Below are positions 18,540 through 28,154 of a stretch of 64,000 nucleotides of DNA, piece by piece. The first letter of the stretch is position 1. Each line of letters starts with the position of its first letter. A program made the translations under genes and the position numbers. The notes beneath the pieces were generated by a model. It had not been told where the DNA came from, searched no databases, and saw only the letters and a list, made by a program, of their open reading frames with translations. Source of the DNA: Allosphingosinicella sp. (GTDB lineage Bacteria > Pseudomonadota > Alphaproteobacteria > Sphingomonadales > Sphingomonadaceae); assembly GCA_036273615.1 (NCBI GenBank), contig DASUHH010000032.1, forward strand, positions 798 through 64,797. Direction: 5' to 3'.

Positions 18540-21500
18540 CTAGAAATCCAAAGTGACGCCGGCGAAGACATATCGGCCGAGCGCATCGTAGGTCCCGGGG
18601 AAGGTGTTGCCGTTGCAATAGATGCCGGGGCAGGCGTTGATCACCGCGCTCGACCCGTTCGACCCGATGATCGGCGGCGCCTTGTCGAGCAGATTGTTGA
18701 CGCCGAGCCGGAAGCGATAATGGTCGCCGATCTTCGCGGTCAGAGCGAGGTCGAAATAGCTTTGCGCCGGGATACGCGCGTTGAACGGCGAGAAGGCGCC
18801 GCCGAGGCTCGCCTGGCTGCTTGCCCGGTCGATCCGCACCTGGCTGAAATAGCGCCATTGCAGCGACACGCCGATTCCGTCCGGCGCGTTCCAGGTGAGG
18901 CGCGCCTTGTGCCGCCATCTGGGGTTCGGCCCCGACAGGGTGCCGCCGCCCGAGCAGACCAGGCCGTAATAGCCCGCGCAATCGTAGGGCGCCGAGACGC
19001 CCGTGTCGGTGACGAGCTTGATGAGCCAGGTGCCGGTCATGTTGAAGACGAGCCCGCCCCAGCGGCCGAGCCCAGCCGCATAGCTTGCGCTGACATCGAC
19101 GCCGCGGGTCGAATTGCCGCCGATGTTGCGCGGCAGGTCGATGACGAAACCACCGGCCGAGCGCCACAAGGAGCCCGACGAATCGCGGTGGACGAGGCCG
19201 CAGAAGACCGGGTTCAGCGTCTGGTTGCAAACGTTGAGGATCGTGTCGGCGCCGACCCGCTGGATCGCGTTCCTGATCCGGATGTCGTAATAATCGACCG
19301 TGATCGCGAGCCGTGGGATGAAGCGCGGCTGCAGCACCACGCCGGCGGTCCAGGTGTCTGCGATCTCCGGCCGGAGCGTCGGAACCCCGCCCAACTTGCC
19401 GTTATACTGGCCGGCGGGATTGCCCGGCACGATCTGGCCGACGTGGAGGCCCTGGGCGAGGCAGCCGGTCTCGGCGGCGGTGATGGCATGGCCGCTGCAC
19501 GGATCGCTGTTGCCGTCGAGCGCGGTGACGACCGGGGCGAACAATTCCTGGATGTTGGGCGCGCGGACGGCGCGATTGTAGCTCGCCCGGAATCGGATAT
19601 CGCGCACCGGCGCGAAATCGCCGCCGATCTTCCAGGTGTCGGTCGAGAAACCGCGATCCTGCCCCGCAAGCGCATAGCGCGAATGGCGGTAGCCGGCCTC
19701 GAGCGACAGATTCTGGAAGAATCCGTTCTCGACGATCGGAACCCGCACCTCGCCGAACAATTCGCGCACGTCGAAGGCGCCGCTGACCGGAAGGATGGCC
19801 GCGCCGACCCCGGCAAGGTCGCTCGCCGGCAGCAAGGAATAAGCCGCGTCGGTCTGGAATTGCAGCGATTCCCTGCGATATTCGGCGCCGAGCGCGAGCC
19901 CGACCCCCTCCTCCGCCCAGGGTAAGCGGATGCCGTACTCGCCGAGCTTGCCCGTCAGCGACGCGCTGGCGACGCTCTCGCCGTTGACGCCGCGCTGGAA
20001 GCCGGGGGTCGAGAGATAGTCGATCGCCGCCTGGCTGACGGTGCCCGTCCCCCACACGTCGTAGGGCACGCAGGCCGGGTCGGCGCCGGTCAGCACCGAT
20101 CGGCAGACCGGGGCCGATCCCGGCGTCCCGGGCGCGACCTCGTGTCCGTTCAGCGCGCTGACCACGTCGAGCGCGTTCCTGAGCCGGGTGATCGAGAAAT
20201 CGTTGGACGAGATCAGGGAGAAATTGGTCCGGCCATATTGGTAATAAGCATCGTAGGACCAGGCCTTGCCGAGATCGCCCTTCATGCCCGCGACGATCCG
20301 GTAATCGTTGTGGCTGATGTCGGAGATGCGCGGCCCGCCCTCGACGTTGCGCCGCAATATCTGCGCGAAACCCTTATTATAGGCGGCGCCGGTGGTCGGA
20401 TCGATGAAGGTGAATGGCGTCGTGCAGGCGGGGTGGCCGCGCGCCGCGCAGTCGGTCGCGTCGGGCGCGGTGACCGTGCCCGGGAAGACGCCGCGCAGAT
20501 CGGGCGTCGTCAGCAGGTTCGCGTTGGCGCAGATCACCGCTTTCTGCTGCGCGCTCAGCAAGGGGTTGTCGCAATTGACCGCGAAGGTGTTGCCGAAATC
20601 GCCCGACGGCGCGATCTGGGCGACCGTGCGGTCGTCCATGAACATGCCCTCCATATAGGGGCGCAGGCTCTCGTTGATCTCGTAATTGGCGAAGAAACCG
20701 AGCGTGTAGCGCTCGTCCGGCCTTTGGTAATAATTGGTCGGCGCGAAATTGTAGCGCTGGAGGTTCTGGGTGAGGGTCCGGTTCGGGCCGACCTGGAACA
20801 GGGTCGAGGTGCCGCCCTGGAAGGCGATGACGGTCGCCGCCGGCGCGGTCAGCGATCCGCCGCAGATCGGGATTGCGGTCGTGTTCGCCGCCTGGGCGAC
20901 GCAGGCGCTGTAATCGCGCTTGTCCTGCGTCACCGCGTCGAGCCTGCGATAGGTCGCGTAAGCGACGACATGACCGCGCCCGTCGTCGAACGAGGCGCCG
21001 ATCTGGCCCGAAAGGTCGACCGTCCCGCCGTCCGCCACCGAACCGTGCGGATAGCCGAAGCCGCGCGCGTTGAGCGCACCGACCAGCAGATTTTCATTAT
21101 TGTCGTGCTGGTAGAAGCTGTACTGGCCGTCGATCCGGAACCCCTCGAAATTGGTGTCCATGATGAAGTTGACGACGCCGGCGACCGCATCGGCGCCATA
21201 GACGGACGAAGCGCCGCCGGTCAGCACGTCGACCCGCTGGATGAGGGTCGCCGGAATCGCATTGATGTCGGCCGCCGCCGAGCTCGGATCGCCCGGCACC
21301 AGCCGGCGATTGTCGATCAGCACCAGGGTCCGGTTCGAGCCGAGGTTGCGCAGGTTGAGCGTCGCAGTCCCGGTCGCGCCGTTGGCGAGGTTGCCGGCCT
21401 GCGAGGCGGTGACCTGCGGCAGGCTGTTGACCAGATCCTCGGCCCGGGTCGTGCCCGAAAGCGTGACCTCCTGGCTGTTGAGGACGGTGACCGGGCTGAC

Positions 21501-21713
21501 CGCGGTCAGATTGGGCTGCGGGATGCGCGATCCCGTGATGACGATCGTGGCCTGGTCGGCCGGCCGGGCGTTCGCCTCGGCCGGCGCCGGTGCCGTTCCG
21601 GCCGGCCCCTGCGGCGCCGCGTCGTTCTTCGGGTCCTGCGCCTCGGCGGCGCTGCCGGCGAGGAGCGCCCCGCACAGGAAGGTGGAGGCGAGCAGCCGAT
21701 GATGCGATCTCAT
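18540..21713 (-). CDS. TonB-dependent receptor
   Basis: Signal peptide, TonB box IVITGS, plug motif RVDVLTGGASSVYGADAVAGVVN, and terminal GRYVFAGVTLDF. Confidence 0.96.
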   Translation of the reverse strand: MRSHHRLLASTFLCGALLAGSAAEAQDPKNDAAPQGPAGTAPAPAEANARPADQATIVITGSRIPQPNLTAVSPVTVLNSQEVTLSGTTRAEDLVNSLPQVTASQAGNLANGATGTATLNLRNLGSNRTLVLIDNRRLVPGDPSSAAADINAIPATLIQRVDVLTGGASSVYGADAVAGVVNFIMDTNFEGFRIDGQYSFYQHDNNENLLVGALNARGFGYPHGSVADGGTVDLSGQIGASFDDGRGHVVAYATYRRLDAVTQDKRDYSACVAQAANTTAIPICGGSLTAPAATVIAFQGGTSTLFQVGPNRTLTQNLQRYNFAPTNYYQRPDERYTLGFFANYEINESLRPYMEGMFMDDRTVAQIAPSGDFGNTFAVNCDNPLLSAQQKAVICANANLLTTPDLRGVFPGTVTAPDATDCAARGHPACTTPFTFIDPTTGAAYNKGFAQILRRNVEGGPRISDISHNDYRIVAGMKGDLGKAWSYDAYYQYGRTNFSLISSNDFSITRLRNALDVVSALNGHEVAPGTPGSAPVCRSVLTGADPACVPYDVWGTGTVSQAAIDYLSTPGFQRGVNGESVASASLTGKLGEYGIRLPWAEEGVGLALGAEYRRESLQFQTDAAYSLLPASDLAGVGAAILPVSGAFDVRELFGEVRVPIVENGFFQNLSLEAGYRHSRYALAGQDRGFSTDTWKIGGDFAPVRDIRFRASYNRAVRAPNIQELFAPVVTALDGNSDPCSGHAITAAETGCLAQGLHVGQIVPGNPAGQYNGKLGGVPTLRPEIADTWTAGVVLQPRFIPRLAITVDYYDIRIRNAIQRVGADTILNVCNQTLNPVFCGLVHRDSSGSLWRSAGGFVIDLPRNIGGNSTRGVDVSASYAAGLGRWGGLVFNMTGTWLIKLVTDTGVSAPYDCAGYYGLVCSGGGTLSGPNPRWRHKARLTWNAPDGIGVSLQWRYFSQVRIDRASSQASLGGAFSPFNARIPAQSYFDLALTAKIGDHYRFRLGVNNLLDKAPPIIGSNGSSAVINACPGIYCNGNTFPGTYDALGRYVFAGVTLDF

Positions 21714-21844
21714 ATTTTCCCCTTTTGACGCCTTTCGCGGGCGAAGCCGAAAGCCGGCCGCGTCCGCACGCACCGGGCTTGCGCCGGGGAGCAAGGGGGT
21801 CCAAAACGCCGATCGAGGCATCGGAAAAACCGATAGCTTGTATC

Positions 21845-22102
21845 CCTCTCCCTTTGAGGGGATGCCACGCGACCAAGGCTCGTCCGGGGAGGAGTCAGCG
21901 CGGCATGGATACGGAGTCTTGGCGGCGAAGGAGCCTAGGCGCATTTGGGTGAGGGTGACAGACTCGGCGAAAATCCGCGAACGGTGTCACCCTCACCAAC
22001 TGCGCCTGAGCGGCGGAGCCGCCAAGGCTTCGTATCATGAGCCGCCTGGCCTCGTCCCCGGGACGAGACCTTAATGGCGGCTCATCCCATCCAAGGGGGA
22101 GA
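21845..22102. repeat. composite palindromic intergenic repeat, related to 60301-60427
   Basis: CTCTCCC..GAGGGGATG and CATCCC..AAGGGGGAGA ends, internal GAGGGTGACA/TGTCACCCTC stem, and about 78 bp matching the reverse complement of the 60.3 kb copy. Confidence 0.8.
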
Positions 22103-22123
22103 ACCAAGTGACGCAGGAACGAG

Positions 22124-23020
22124 ATGAGCCGCGATCTTGAGGTCCGCCACTGCCGCATCCTGGTCGCGATCGACGACCATGGAGGCATCGCGTCGGCGGC
22201 GCGGGCGCTGGGGCTGGCGCAATCGACCGTCTCGGAGACCTTGCTCTCGCTCGAGCGCGTGGTCGGAACGCCGATCGTGCTCAGGCGCCCGGGCCGCGGG
22301 GCGGCGCTCAGCCCGGCGGCCGAGGCCCTGCTGCCGCACGCCCGCGCCCTGATCCTCGCGTCGGAGACCGCGCTCGCCGCCGTCTCCGCCAAGAGCCGGG
22401 GCATCGTCCGCCTCGGCGTCGTCGAATCGATCAGCTCGTTCCTGCTGCCCGGCCCGCTCGCCGCCTTCCGCCGCCACTGGCCGCGGGTCGAGGTACGGAT
22501 CGCGATCGGCCTCTGCGGCGACCTTCGAAAGCGAGTGGACCGGTTCGAGCTCGACGCCGCGCTCACCGTCGAGGGCGCCGAAGCCGCGGCCCAGCGCGAC
22601 GGCGCGCAAAGGCTCGGCCCGGCCGCCCTTCGCCTCGTCGTCTCGCCCGATCATGCGCTTCTCGGCGCGCCGGTCGGCCGGGCCGATCTTGGTTCGGCAA
22701 CCTTCCTGCTCGCCGACCCCGACGGCGCCTTCAACGCCCTGCTGCGCGGCTGGTTCACCGGCCGCGGCCTCGGCCCGCGCTTCGAATCGGCGGGCAGCGT
22801 CGACGGCGTCAAGCATGGCGTCCTCGACGGCGAGGCGATCGGAGTCCTCCCCTCCTACGCCGCCGACGACGCCCTCGCCGCCGGATCGCTCGCCGCCCTC
22901 ACGATGGCCGAGCCTTTGCCGCCGATCGGCCTGCTGCTCACCGTCGCCGAGCCGCTGCGCGAATCCTCGCCCCTCGCCAATCTGACCGCCGAGATCGCCG
23001 GCGCCTTCAACCGGCCCTGA
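22124..23020 (+). CDS. LysR-family transcriptional regulator
   Basis: HTH (GGIASAARALGLAQSTVS..L..LE..VG..IV.R) plus substrate-binding domain. Confidence 0.93.
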   Translation: MSRDLEVRHCRILVAIDDHGGIASAARALGLAQSTVSETLLSLERVVGTPIVLRRPGRGAALSPAAEALLPHARALILASETALAAVSAKSRGIVRLGVVESISSFLLPGPLAAFRRHWPRVEVRIAIGLCGDLRKRVDRFELDAALTVEGAEAAAQRDGAQRLGPAALRLVVSPDHALLGAPVGRADLGSATFLLADPDGAFNALLRGWFTGRGLGPRFESAGSVDGVKHGVLDGEAIGVLPSYAADDALAAGSLAALTMAEPLPPIGLLLTVAEPLRESSPLANLTAEIAGAFNRP

Positions 23021-23046
23021 GCTCTCCCGCCACCCCACTCTTCCCC

Positions 23047-23177
23047 GTCATCCAGGCCCTTCGACGTTGCTCAGGGTAAACTTCGGCGGAGCCGAAAGCC
23101 GGGATCTCAGCGAGAGTTCGTACCGCCGGCGTCACCGCGCCTTTCTTCCCTGGGACCCAGGCCTTCGCCGGGTTGAT
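23047..23177. repeat. nested REP-like elements
   Basis: A GTCATCC..GAAAGCCGGGATC unit is interrupted by a CCCTTCGAC..GCTCAGGG unit; the partner arm TGGGACCCAGGCCTTCGCCGGG lies downstream. Confidence 0.65.
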
Positions 23178-24274
23178 ATGCTCGCTGCCGTCGCGGGGGC
23201 GGATTTCGACCGGGAAGGACCGCCACCCTCCCCGCCGCGGATGTAGAATTCGCGATAATAAGCCGTGACGAACGCCGCCGCCGGAGTCCCGACCAGGGCC
23301 CCGATCAGCCCGAAGGCGAGCGCCCCGGCAAGCGTCGCGAACAGGATCACCACCGGGTGGATGCGCATCGTCTGCCCGCGAACCGCCGGTGCGAGGAAGG
23401 TGCCGAGCGCCTCCGTCATCACCAGGTAGAAAAGCGCGGTCCACACCGCCGTCCGGACGTCGACGGCGAGCGCGACGATCACCGGCGGCACCGCCATGAT
23501 ATAGCCGCCGATCCGCGGCACGAACTCGGCGAAGAAAGCGAGCGACGCCCAGACGATCGCCCCCGGCACGTGCATGAAGGACAGGAAGATGCCGCTCGCC
23601 ACCGCCTCGATCGGCCCGACGATCGCATTGGCGCGGATCCAGCCGCGCACCGCGGTCGACGCGCTGCGATAGGCGCGGATGCCCGGCTTGCGGCAGCGCA
23701 AGGGCAGCGCAGCGACATAGCCGCGCATCAGGGGGAAGGGATTGACCGTGATGTAGAGGACGGCCGACAGATAGAGGATCAGCAGGGTCGCGAAGCCGAG
23801 CACCGACAGCGATGCGCCGCCGAGCCGCCCGATCACGTCGAGCATCGAGGGGAGCTGGCCCGAGGCCGACTGGCCGCTCAGCGCGCTCTGCAGGTCGGGA
23901 AAGTCGCCGAGCTGCTGCGCGATCCGCTGCTCGGCGTCGGAGAGGAATTTGGGGATTCTCGGCAGCAGCTCCGAAGCCTGCTGGACGAGCGGCGGAACGA
24001 CCAGCACGAAGACGGCGACGAAGCAGGCGACGAACAGAAGGAGCGTGATCAGCAGGGCGAGCCGCCGCGGCACGCCGTGCCGCCGCAGCCAGCGCACCGC
24101 GCCCTCGAGCGGGATCGACGTCACCACCGCCAGGAAGATGAGCAGGAAAGCAAGCGCCGTCTTCTCGAGGAACCAGAGCGCGAGCACCGCCGCCATTCCG
24201 GCGAGCGCATAAGCGGCCGGTCCGCGCGGCCGGCGCGGGGCTTCGGTCGTGGGTCGAGGCGTCGGCTCGGTCAT
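23132..24274 (-). CDS. AI-2E family transporter
   Basis: Multiple TM helices, FFAEFVPRIG, LAPAVRGQTMRIHPVVIL and FGLIGALVGTP. Confidence 0.92.
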   Translation of the reverse strand: MTEPTPRPTTEAPRRPRGPAAYALAGMAAVLALWFLEKTALAFLLIFLAVVTSIPLEGAVRWLRRHGVPRRLALLITLLLFVACFVAVFVLVVPPLVQQASELLPRIPKFLSDAEQRIAQQLGDFPDLQSALSGQSASGQLPSMLDVIGRLGGASLSVLGFATLLILYLSAVLYITVNPFPLMRGYVAALPLRCRKPGIRAYRSASTAVRGWIRANAIVGPIEAVASGIFLSFMHVPGAIVWASLAFFAEFVPRIGGYIMAVPPVIVALAVDVRTAVWTALFYLVMTEALGTFLAPAVRGQTMRIHPVVILFATLAGALAFGLIGALVGTPAAAFVTAYYREFYIRGGEGGGPSRSKSAPATAASISTRRRPGSQGRKAR

Positions 24275-24352
24275 TGCGCTCCCGTCTCAACGCCGCGCGC
24301 GGGCGTTGGTTCGCACGGCATCGCCGCGGCGCGATTCCACGACCCGCGCGGC

Positions 24353-24790
24353 TCAGCCCTTGCCGCGAAGCCCCGGCGCCCGGGCCGTGCTCGGCGATGA
24401 ACTATGCTCCACCTTGTCGCCGAGGATCGCCACCCATTCATGCCTGCGATGCTCGTAGACCGAGAAAGCGGGCGCCGGGAAATCGGGGTCGGCGAAGGCG
24501 CCGATCGGGATTGCGAGCACGCCCGGCCAGGCCTCGAGCGAATAGGCCACGGTCGATCCGCAGTCCGGGCAGAAACGATAGTCGCAGCGGTGGCCGCTGT
24601 CGGCGATGCGGCTCCAGGTCTTGAACGGGCCGGAGACGGCGACCTTCTCCTCCGGCCAGCGTGCCTGGGCGGCGAAGGCGCTGCCGCTTCGTTTCTGGCA
24701 TTCGAGGCAATGGCAGACCGAGATCCGCACCGGCGCGCCCATGCACGTGGCCTGAAGCGCGCCGCAGCGGCAGCGCGCGGTTCGAACCAT
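24353..24790 (-). CDS. GFA (CENP-V) family Zn protein
   Basis: CRCG...CHCLECQKRSGS...FCPDCGS. Confidence 0.92.
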   Translation of the reverse strand: MVRTARCRCGALQATCMGAPVRISVCHCLECQKRSGSAFAAQARWPEEKVAVSGPFKTWSRIADSGHRCDYRFCPDCGSTVAYSLEAWPGVLAIPIGAFADPDFPAPAFSVYEHRRHEWVAILGDKVEHSSSPSTARAPGLRGKG

Positions 24791-24869
24791 CTCGTTCATG
24801 GTGACGAGGTTTAACGACCTCGGCACCGAAATGCATTATGAATGGCCGCGCGGAGGGAGCGCATCGCCG

Positions 24870-25184
24870 ATGAAAAAGGCAGCGATCGGACGAGGGAGCC
24901 TGTTCCTGTCATTGCTGCTGCCGCTGGCGCTCGCCGGCTGCGGCAGCGGCGGCGATACGGACGATCCCTTCGTCGACTCGGTCGTGAGCACGATCGAGGC
25001 CGACTGCCTCCGCACCGCCCCCTCGGCCCCGGCGGCCGCCCAGCAAAGGCAGCATTTCTGCACCTGCCTCAGCCAGCGGATCCGCGCGAGCGGGATCAAG
25101 GCCGCTGCCGGCGACAAGGCCAATGATGAAAGGATCCGCACCGCCCAAAAGGCCTGCCACCGGGAGGTTTACGGCAAGGGATAG
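24870..25184 (+). CDS. small predicted lipoprotein
   Basis: RBS GGAGGG, lipobox LAGC, and three further Cys spaced C..., FCTC, C. Confidence 0.65.
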   Translation: MKKAAIGRGSLFLSLLLPLALAGCGSGGDTDDPFVDSVVSTIEADCLRTAPSAPAAAQQRQHFCTCLSQRIRASGIKAAAGDKANDERIRTAQKACHREVYGKG

Positions 25185-25233
25185 GGTCCGGGACGGACCG
25201 ACATCAGACCCCTTCTCCTCGATGGGGAAGGGA

Positions 25234-26643
25234 TTAACGGCAAGCCGAGAGCGCGCTGCCTTTTCCGACCCGAAGCAGCGCCACCCCATGCGGCGCCACC
25301 GCGACGGACGCCTGGCCCGACGCCGGCACCTTCGCCCGCGTCCAGAGATCGCAGGCGGCGAATTCCCCCGCCTCCAGGCCGAGCGACGTCCACGGCACAT
25401 CGACCTGAAGCGGCGCCTCCGAGACGTTGAAGATCGCGACCGTGTCGATCCCGTCCGCCATCGGCCCCGAGACCCAGATCCGGACGCCCGCCGGAGCGTT
25501 CACCGGCGCGACCGGCCGATCCTTTCGCGACGCCTGGTCGAGCGCGATCACCTTCCGGTTGGTCAGCATCGCCCGCAGCCAGCCCGGCATCCCGGTCAGA
25601 TTGCCGCCGAGGATGAGCGGCGAGCGCGCGATCGCCCAAAGGGTGAAAGCCGTGCGCGTCTCATCCTCGGTCAGCCGCGCGTCGCGCGGATCGCCCCAGC
25701 CGGGATGCGGACGCAAGGACCCGAAAGGCAGCATGTCGGCATCGGGCCAGCGATCCGGTCCCGCGACCTTGTTCCACAAGGCGAGCCGGTCGAAGGCGGA
25801 GAGGATGCCGTTGGGGAATTCGGTGGCCGGATCGGGATGGGGGAAGGCCCAGCTGTCCCAGAGATCGTCGGAGATGCGCCACATCTGCGCCCATTTCGCC
25901 ATCGGTGCGAAATTGGCGAGCCGCGCCGGCCCCGGCGACAGGCTCAGCACCATCGGCCGCCCCGCCGCCTTGATGGCGCGGCCGATCTGGGCGATCTCGC
26001 TCGGCCGGTAGGGATGGTCGGCGATGCAGTCGACCTTGAGGAAATCGACCCCCCAGGCGGCATATTCCCGCAGCAGCGAATCGTACCAGGCCTGGCCGGC
26101 TTCGTTGTCGGCGACGCCGTAATTGCCTTGGTCCCACGGGCAGGTGGCGGCGCGGTCGGCGGCGTCGGCGGCGCGGAAAGGCGAGCCGGCGATCGGCAGG
26201 TTCGCCTCGACCGCCGCGCGCGGAATGCCGCGCACGATATGGATTCCGAACTTCAGCCCCAAAGCATGGGTCCAGTCGGCGATCGCCTTCAGGCCGTCGC
26301 CGTCGGCGGCCGAGGGAAATCGGCTCACCACCGGCTCCAGCCGGCCATAAGCGTCGAGCCGATAGCCCCGCGCCGCGACGTCGGCCCCGAGCGGATCGGC
26401 CATGTACCAGCCCTCGTCGATCACCGCATAGGACCAGCCGGCGCTTTTCATGCCGGCGAGGATGCGGACATTGGCCTTGAACGCCGCCTCGTCGACGGTG
26501 AAGCCATAGGCATCCCAGCTGTTCCAGCCCATGGGCGGCGCCGGCGCGACCGGCGCGGCCAGGGCGGCGGAGGCGAGGCCGATCGATGCAGCCAGCAAGG
26601 CCAGGGCCGCGCGAACCGGCTGCCGGTGAAAGACCGTCTTCAA
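25234..26643 (-). CDS. GH27 alpha-galactosidase/NAGA family glycoside hydrolase
   Basis: PPMGWNSW, VIDEGW, GLKFGI, WGVDFLKVDC, WRISDD, WPDADML and PLILG. TTG start inferred. Confidence 0.93.
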   Translation of the reverse strand: MKTVFHRQPVRAALALLAASIGLASAALAAPVAPAPPMGWNSWDAYGFTVDEAAFKANVRILAGMKSAGWSYAVIDEGWYMADPLGADVAARGYRLDAYGRLEPVVSRFPSAADGDGLKAIADWTHALGLKFGIHIVRGIPRAAVEANLPIAGSPFRAADAADRAATCPWDQGNYGVADNEAGQAWYDSLLREYAAWGVDFLKVDCIADHPYRPSEIAQIGRAIKAAGRPMVLSLSPGPARLANFAPMAKWAQMWRISDDLWDSWAFPHPDPATEFPNGILSAFDRLALWNKVAGPDRWPDADMLPFGSLRPHPGWGDPRDARLTEDETRTAFTLWAIARSPLILGGNLTGMPGWLRAMLTNRKVIALDQASRKDRPVAPVNAPAGVRIWVSGPMADGIDTVAIFNVSEAPLQVDVPWTSLGLEAGEFAACDLWTRAKVPASGQASVAVAPHGVALLRVGKGSALSACR

Positions 26644-26656
26644 GCCCCCTTCTCCC

Positions 26657-27727
26657 TCATTCCAGCCAGGTATCGATCGCGCGGCCGTTGCGGAAGGTCC
26701 CGATCCGGCGGACATCGCCCGCTTCCACCGCCACGGGGGCGTCGAGCGGCGCGAGGGTGAAGCCGGAGAAGAAAATGCCTCCGGGCTCGGGCCGCGCCTC
26801 GAGCACGCGCTCGGCGTCGAGCTCCAGCCGGATCCAGCGCGCGATCGCATTGGCCTCGCCGCTCCGCGTCACCAGAATCTCCACCGCGCCGCGCTCGGCG
26901 CTGCCGCGCGGCACCGCCGGAAGCGGGAAGCGGGCGACCGGCACCGGCTCCGACAGCAAAGCCACGCCCGGCGCGTCGATCGGCCGCCGGATCGAGGCCG
27001 GCACGAAATCGGCGAAATCCCGAAGGTCGAAGCCGGCGGCGGTTCCGATCCGGCCGAGCCGGTCATGATCGTCCCAGGCGGCGAGGGAAGCGACCAGGCC
27101 CACCGCCGCCGGTACCGACGCCGCATCCCCGGCGAGCAGCCGCTCGCGCGCGTCGTGGATCGCCGGCAGCGGATCGAAGCCGAGAAGCTCGTCGGCGAAG
27201 ATGTCGCAGAGCAGCAGGTCGGCCCGGCGCGGCAGATCCTCGCCGATCGCCACCTCGCGAGAATCCTTCGCGATCACCTTGATGCGATCGGCAAGCCCGT
27301 TCCGGCCGGCCAGCGCCCGCGCCATCGCCGCCGCCGCCTTGTTGGTCTCCGACGTCACCACCTCCGCCCCCGCCCGCGCCGCAATGAGGGCGAGCATGCC
27401 GGCGCCGGTGCCGATCTCGTAGACGAGCATTCCGGGCCGGATCGCCGCTCGCAGCGCCGCGTCCCAGGCGGCGTTGCGGCGCGCATCGTTCATCATCGGC
27501 ACATGATAGCCGGGGAGCAGGGAGCCGAGCAGCCGGCGGGCGCGCATCCGCGTCGCCGGATCGCCGGGCGCGGCGGCGAGCGCGCGCCGCGCCAGCGCCA
27601 CCGCCCGCTCCGGATCCTTCGCCATCGACGCCGCCTCGGCAAGCCCGACCAGCTTGAACCCGGCCTCGGGATCGTCGCGGACCGCAGCCTCGAACCGCGC
27701 CGCAAGCGCGTCCAGATCCAGTCCCAC
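26657..27727 (-). CDS. class I SAM-dependent methyltransferase resembling protein arginine methyltransferases, with short TPR-like N-terminus
   Basis: HVPMMNDARRNAAW, EIGTGAGML SAM motif, DLLLCDIF.DELLG and WIRLELD. GTG start after GAAGGAGG. Confidence 0.8.
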   Translation of the reverse strand: MGLDLDALAARFEAAVRDDPEAGFKLVGLAEAASMAKDPERAVALARRALAAAPGDPATRMRARRLLGSLLPGYHVPMMNDARRNAAWDAALRAAIRPGMLVYEIGTGAGMLALIAARAGAEVVTSETNKAAAAMARALAGRNGLADRIKVIAKDSREVAIGEDLPRRADLLLCDIFADELLGFDPLPAIHDARERLLAGDAASVPAAVGLVASLAAWDDHDRLGRIGTAAGFDLRDFADFVPASIRRPIDAPGVALLSEPVPVARFPLPAVPRGSAERGAVEILVTRSGEANAIARWIRLELDAERVLEARPEPGGIFFSGFTLAPLDAPVAVEAGDVRRIGTFRNGRAIDTWLE

Positions 27728-27872
27728 GCGCCCCTCCTTCCTACGCAAGCCTATCCGGTCCCGCCGCCGGGCGGAAGCCGCGCGGACGATGCATTTCGTC
27801 GATTTTCGGCCGCCCCGATCTGGATCGGAACGCGGATCCGTGGCAAAAGGAAACCGGGGAAGGGCGGGGACG

Positions 27873-28058
27873 ATGAGCGAATATGGAATCCTGATCGAGA
27901 CGAGCGACGGCCTGCGCACGCGCCGCCGGCTGCCTTATCCGAGCGATGCCGCGGTCATTGCCGACTGGCAGCATCACGGCACCGACGGCTTCGTCGAGAT
28001 CGTCAGCGAGGGCCGCGTCGTCGGCCGCTGGGACGGCAGGCAGGCGAACGCCGCCTAG
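27873..28058 (+). CDS. small hypothetical protein (61 aa)
   Basis: ATG after a purine-rich leader; plausible alpha/beta composition; lies in an intergenic gap. Confidence 0.5.
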   Translation: MSEYGILIETSDGLRTRRRLPYPSDAAVIADWQHHGTDGFVEIVSEGRVVGRWDGRQANAA

Positions 28059-28154
28059 GCGTCGAAAGGGCGCGCCGACAGCGTCAACCGGCGCCGCTTT
28101 GGCGGCTGTCGCCTTTATCGAGCTGTTCGAGATTCGCGGTCGAGAGCGGGCGGC

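Noticed and set aside
13039-21728. Large antisense ORFs over GH3, the acyltransferase and the TonB receptor
   Set aside because: Each mirrors a well-supported gene on the other strand.
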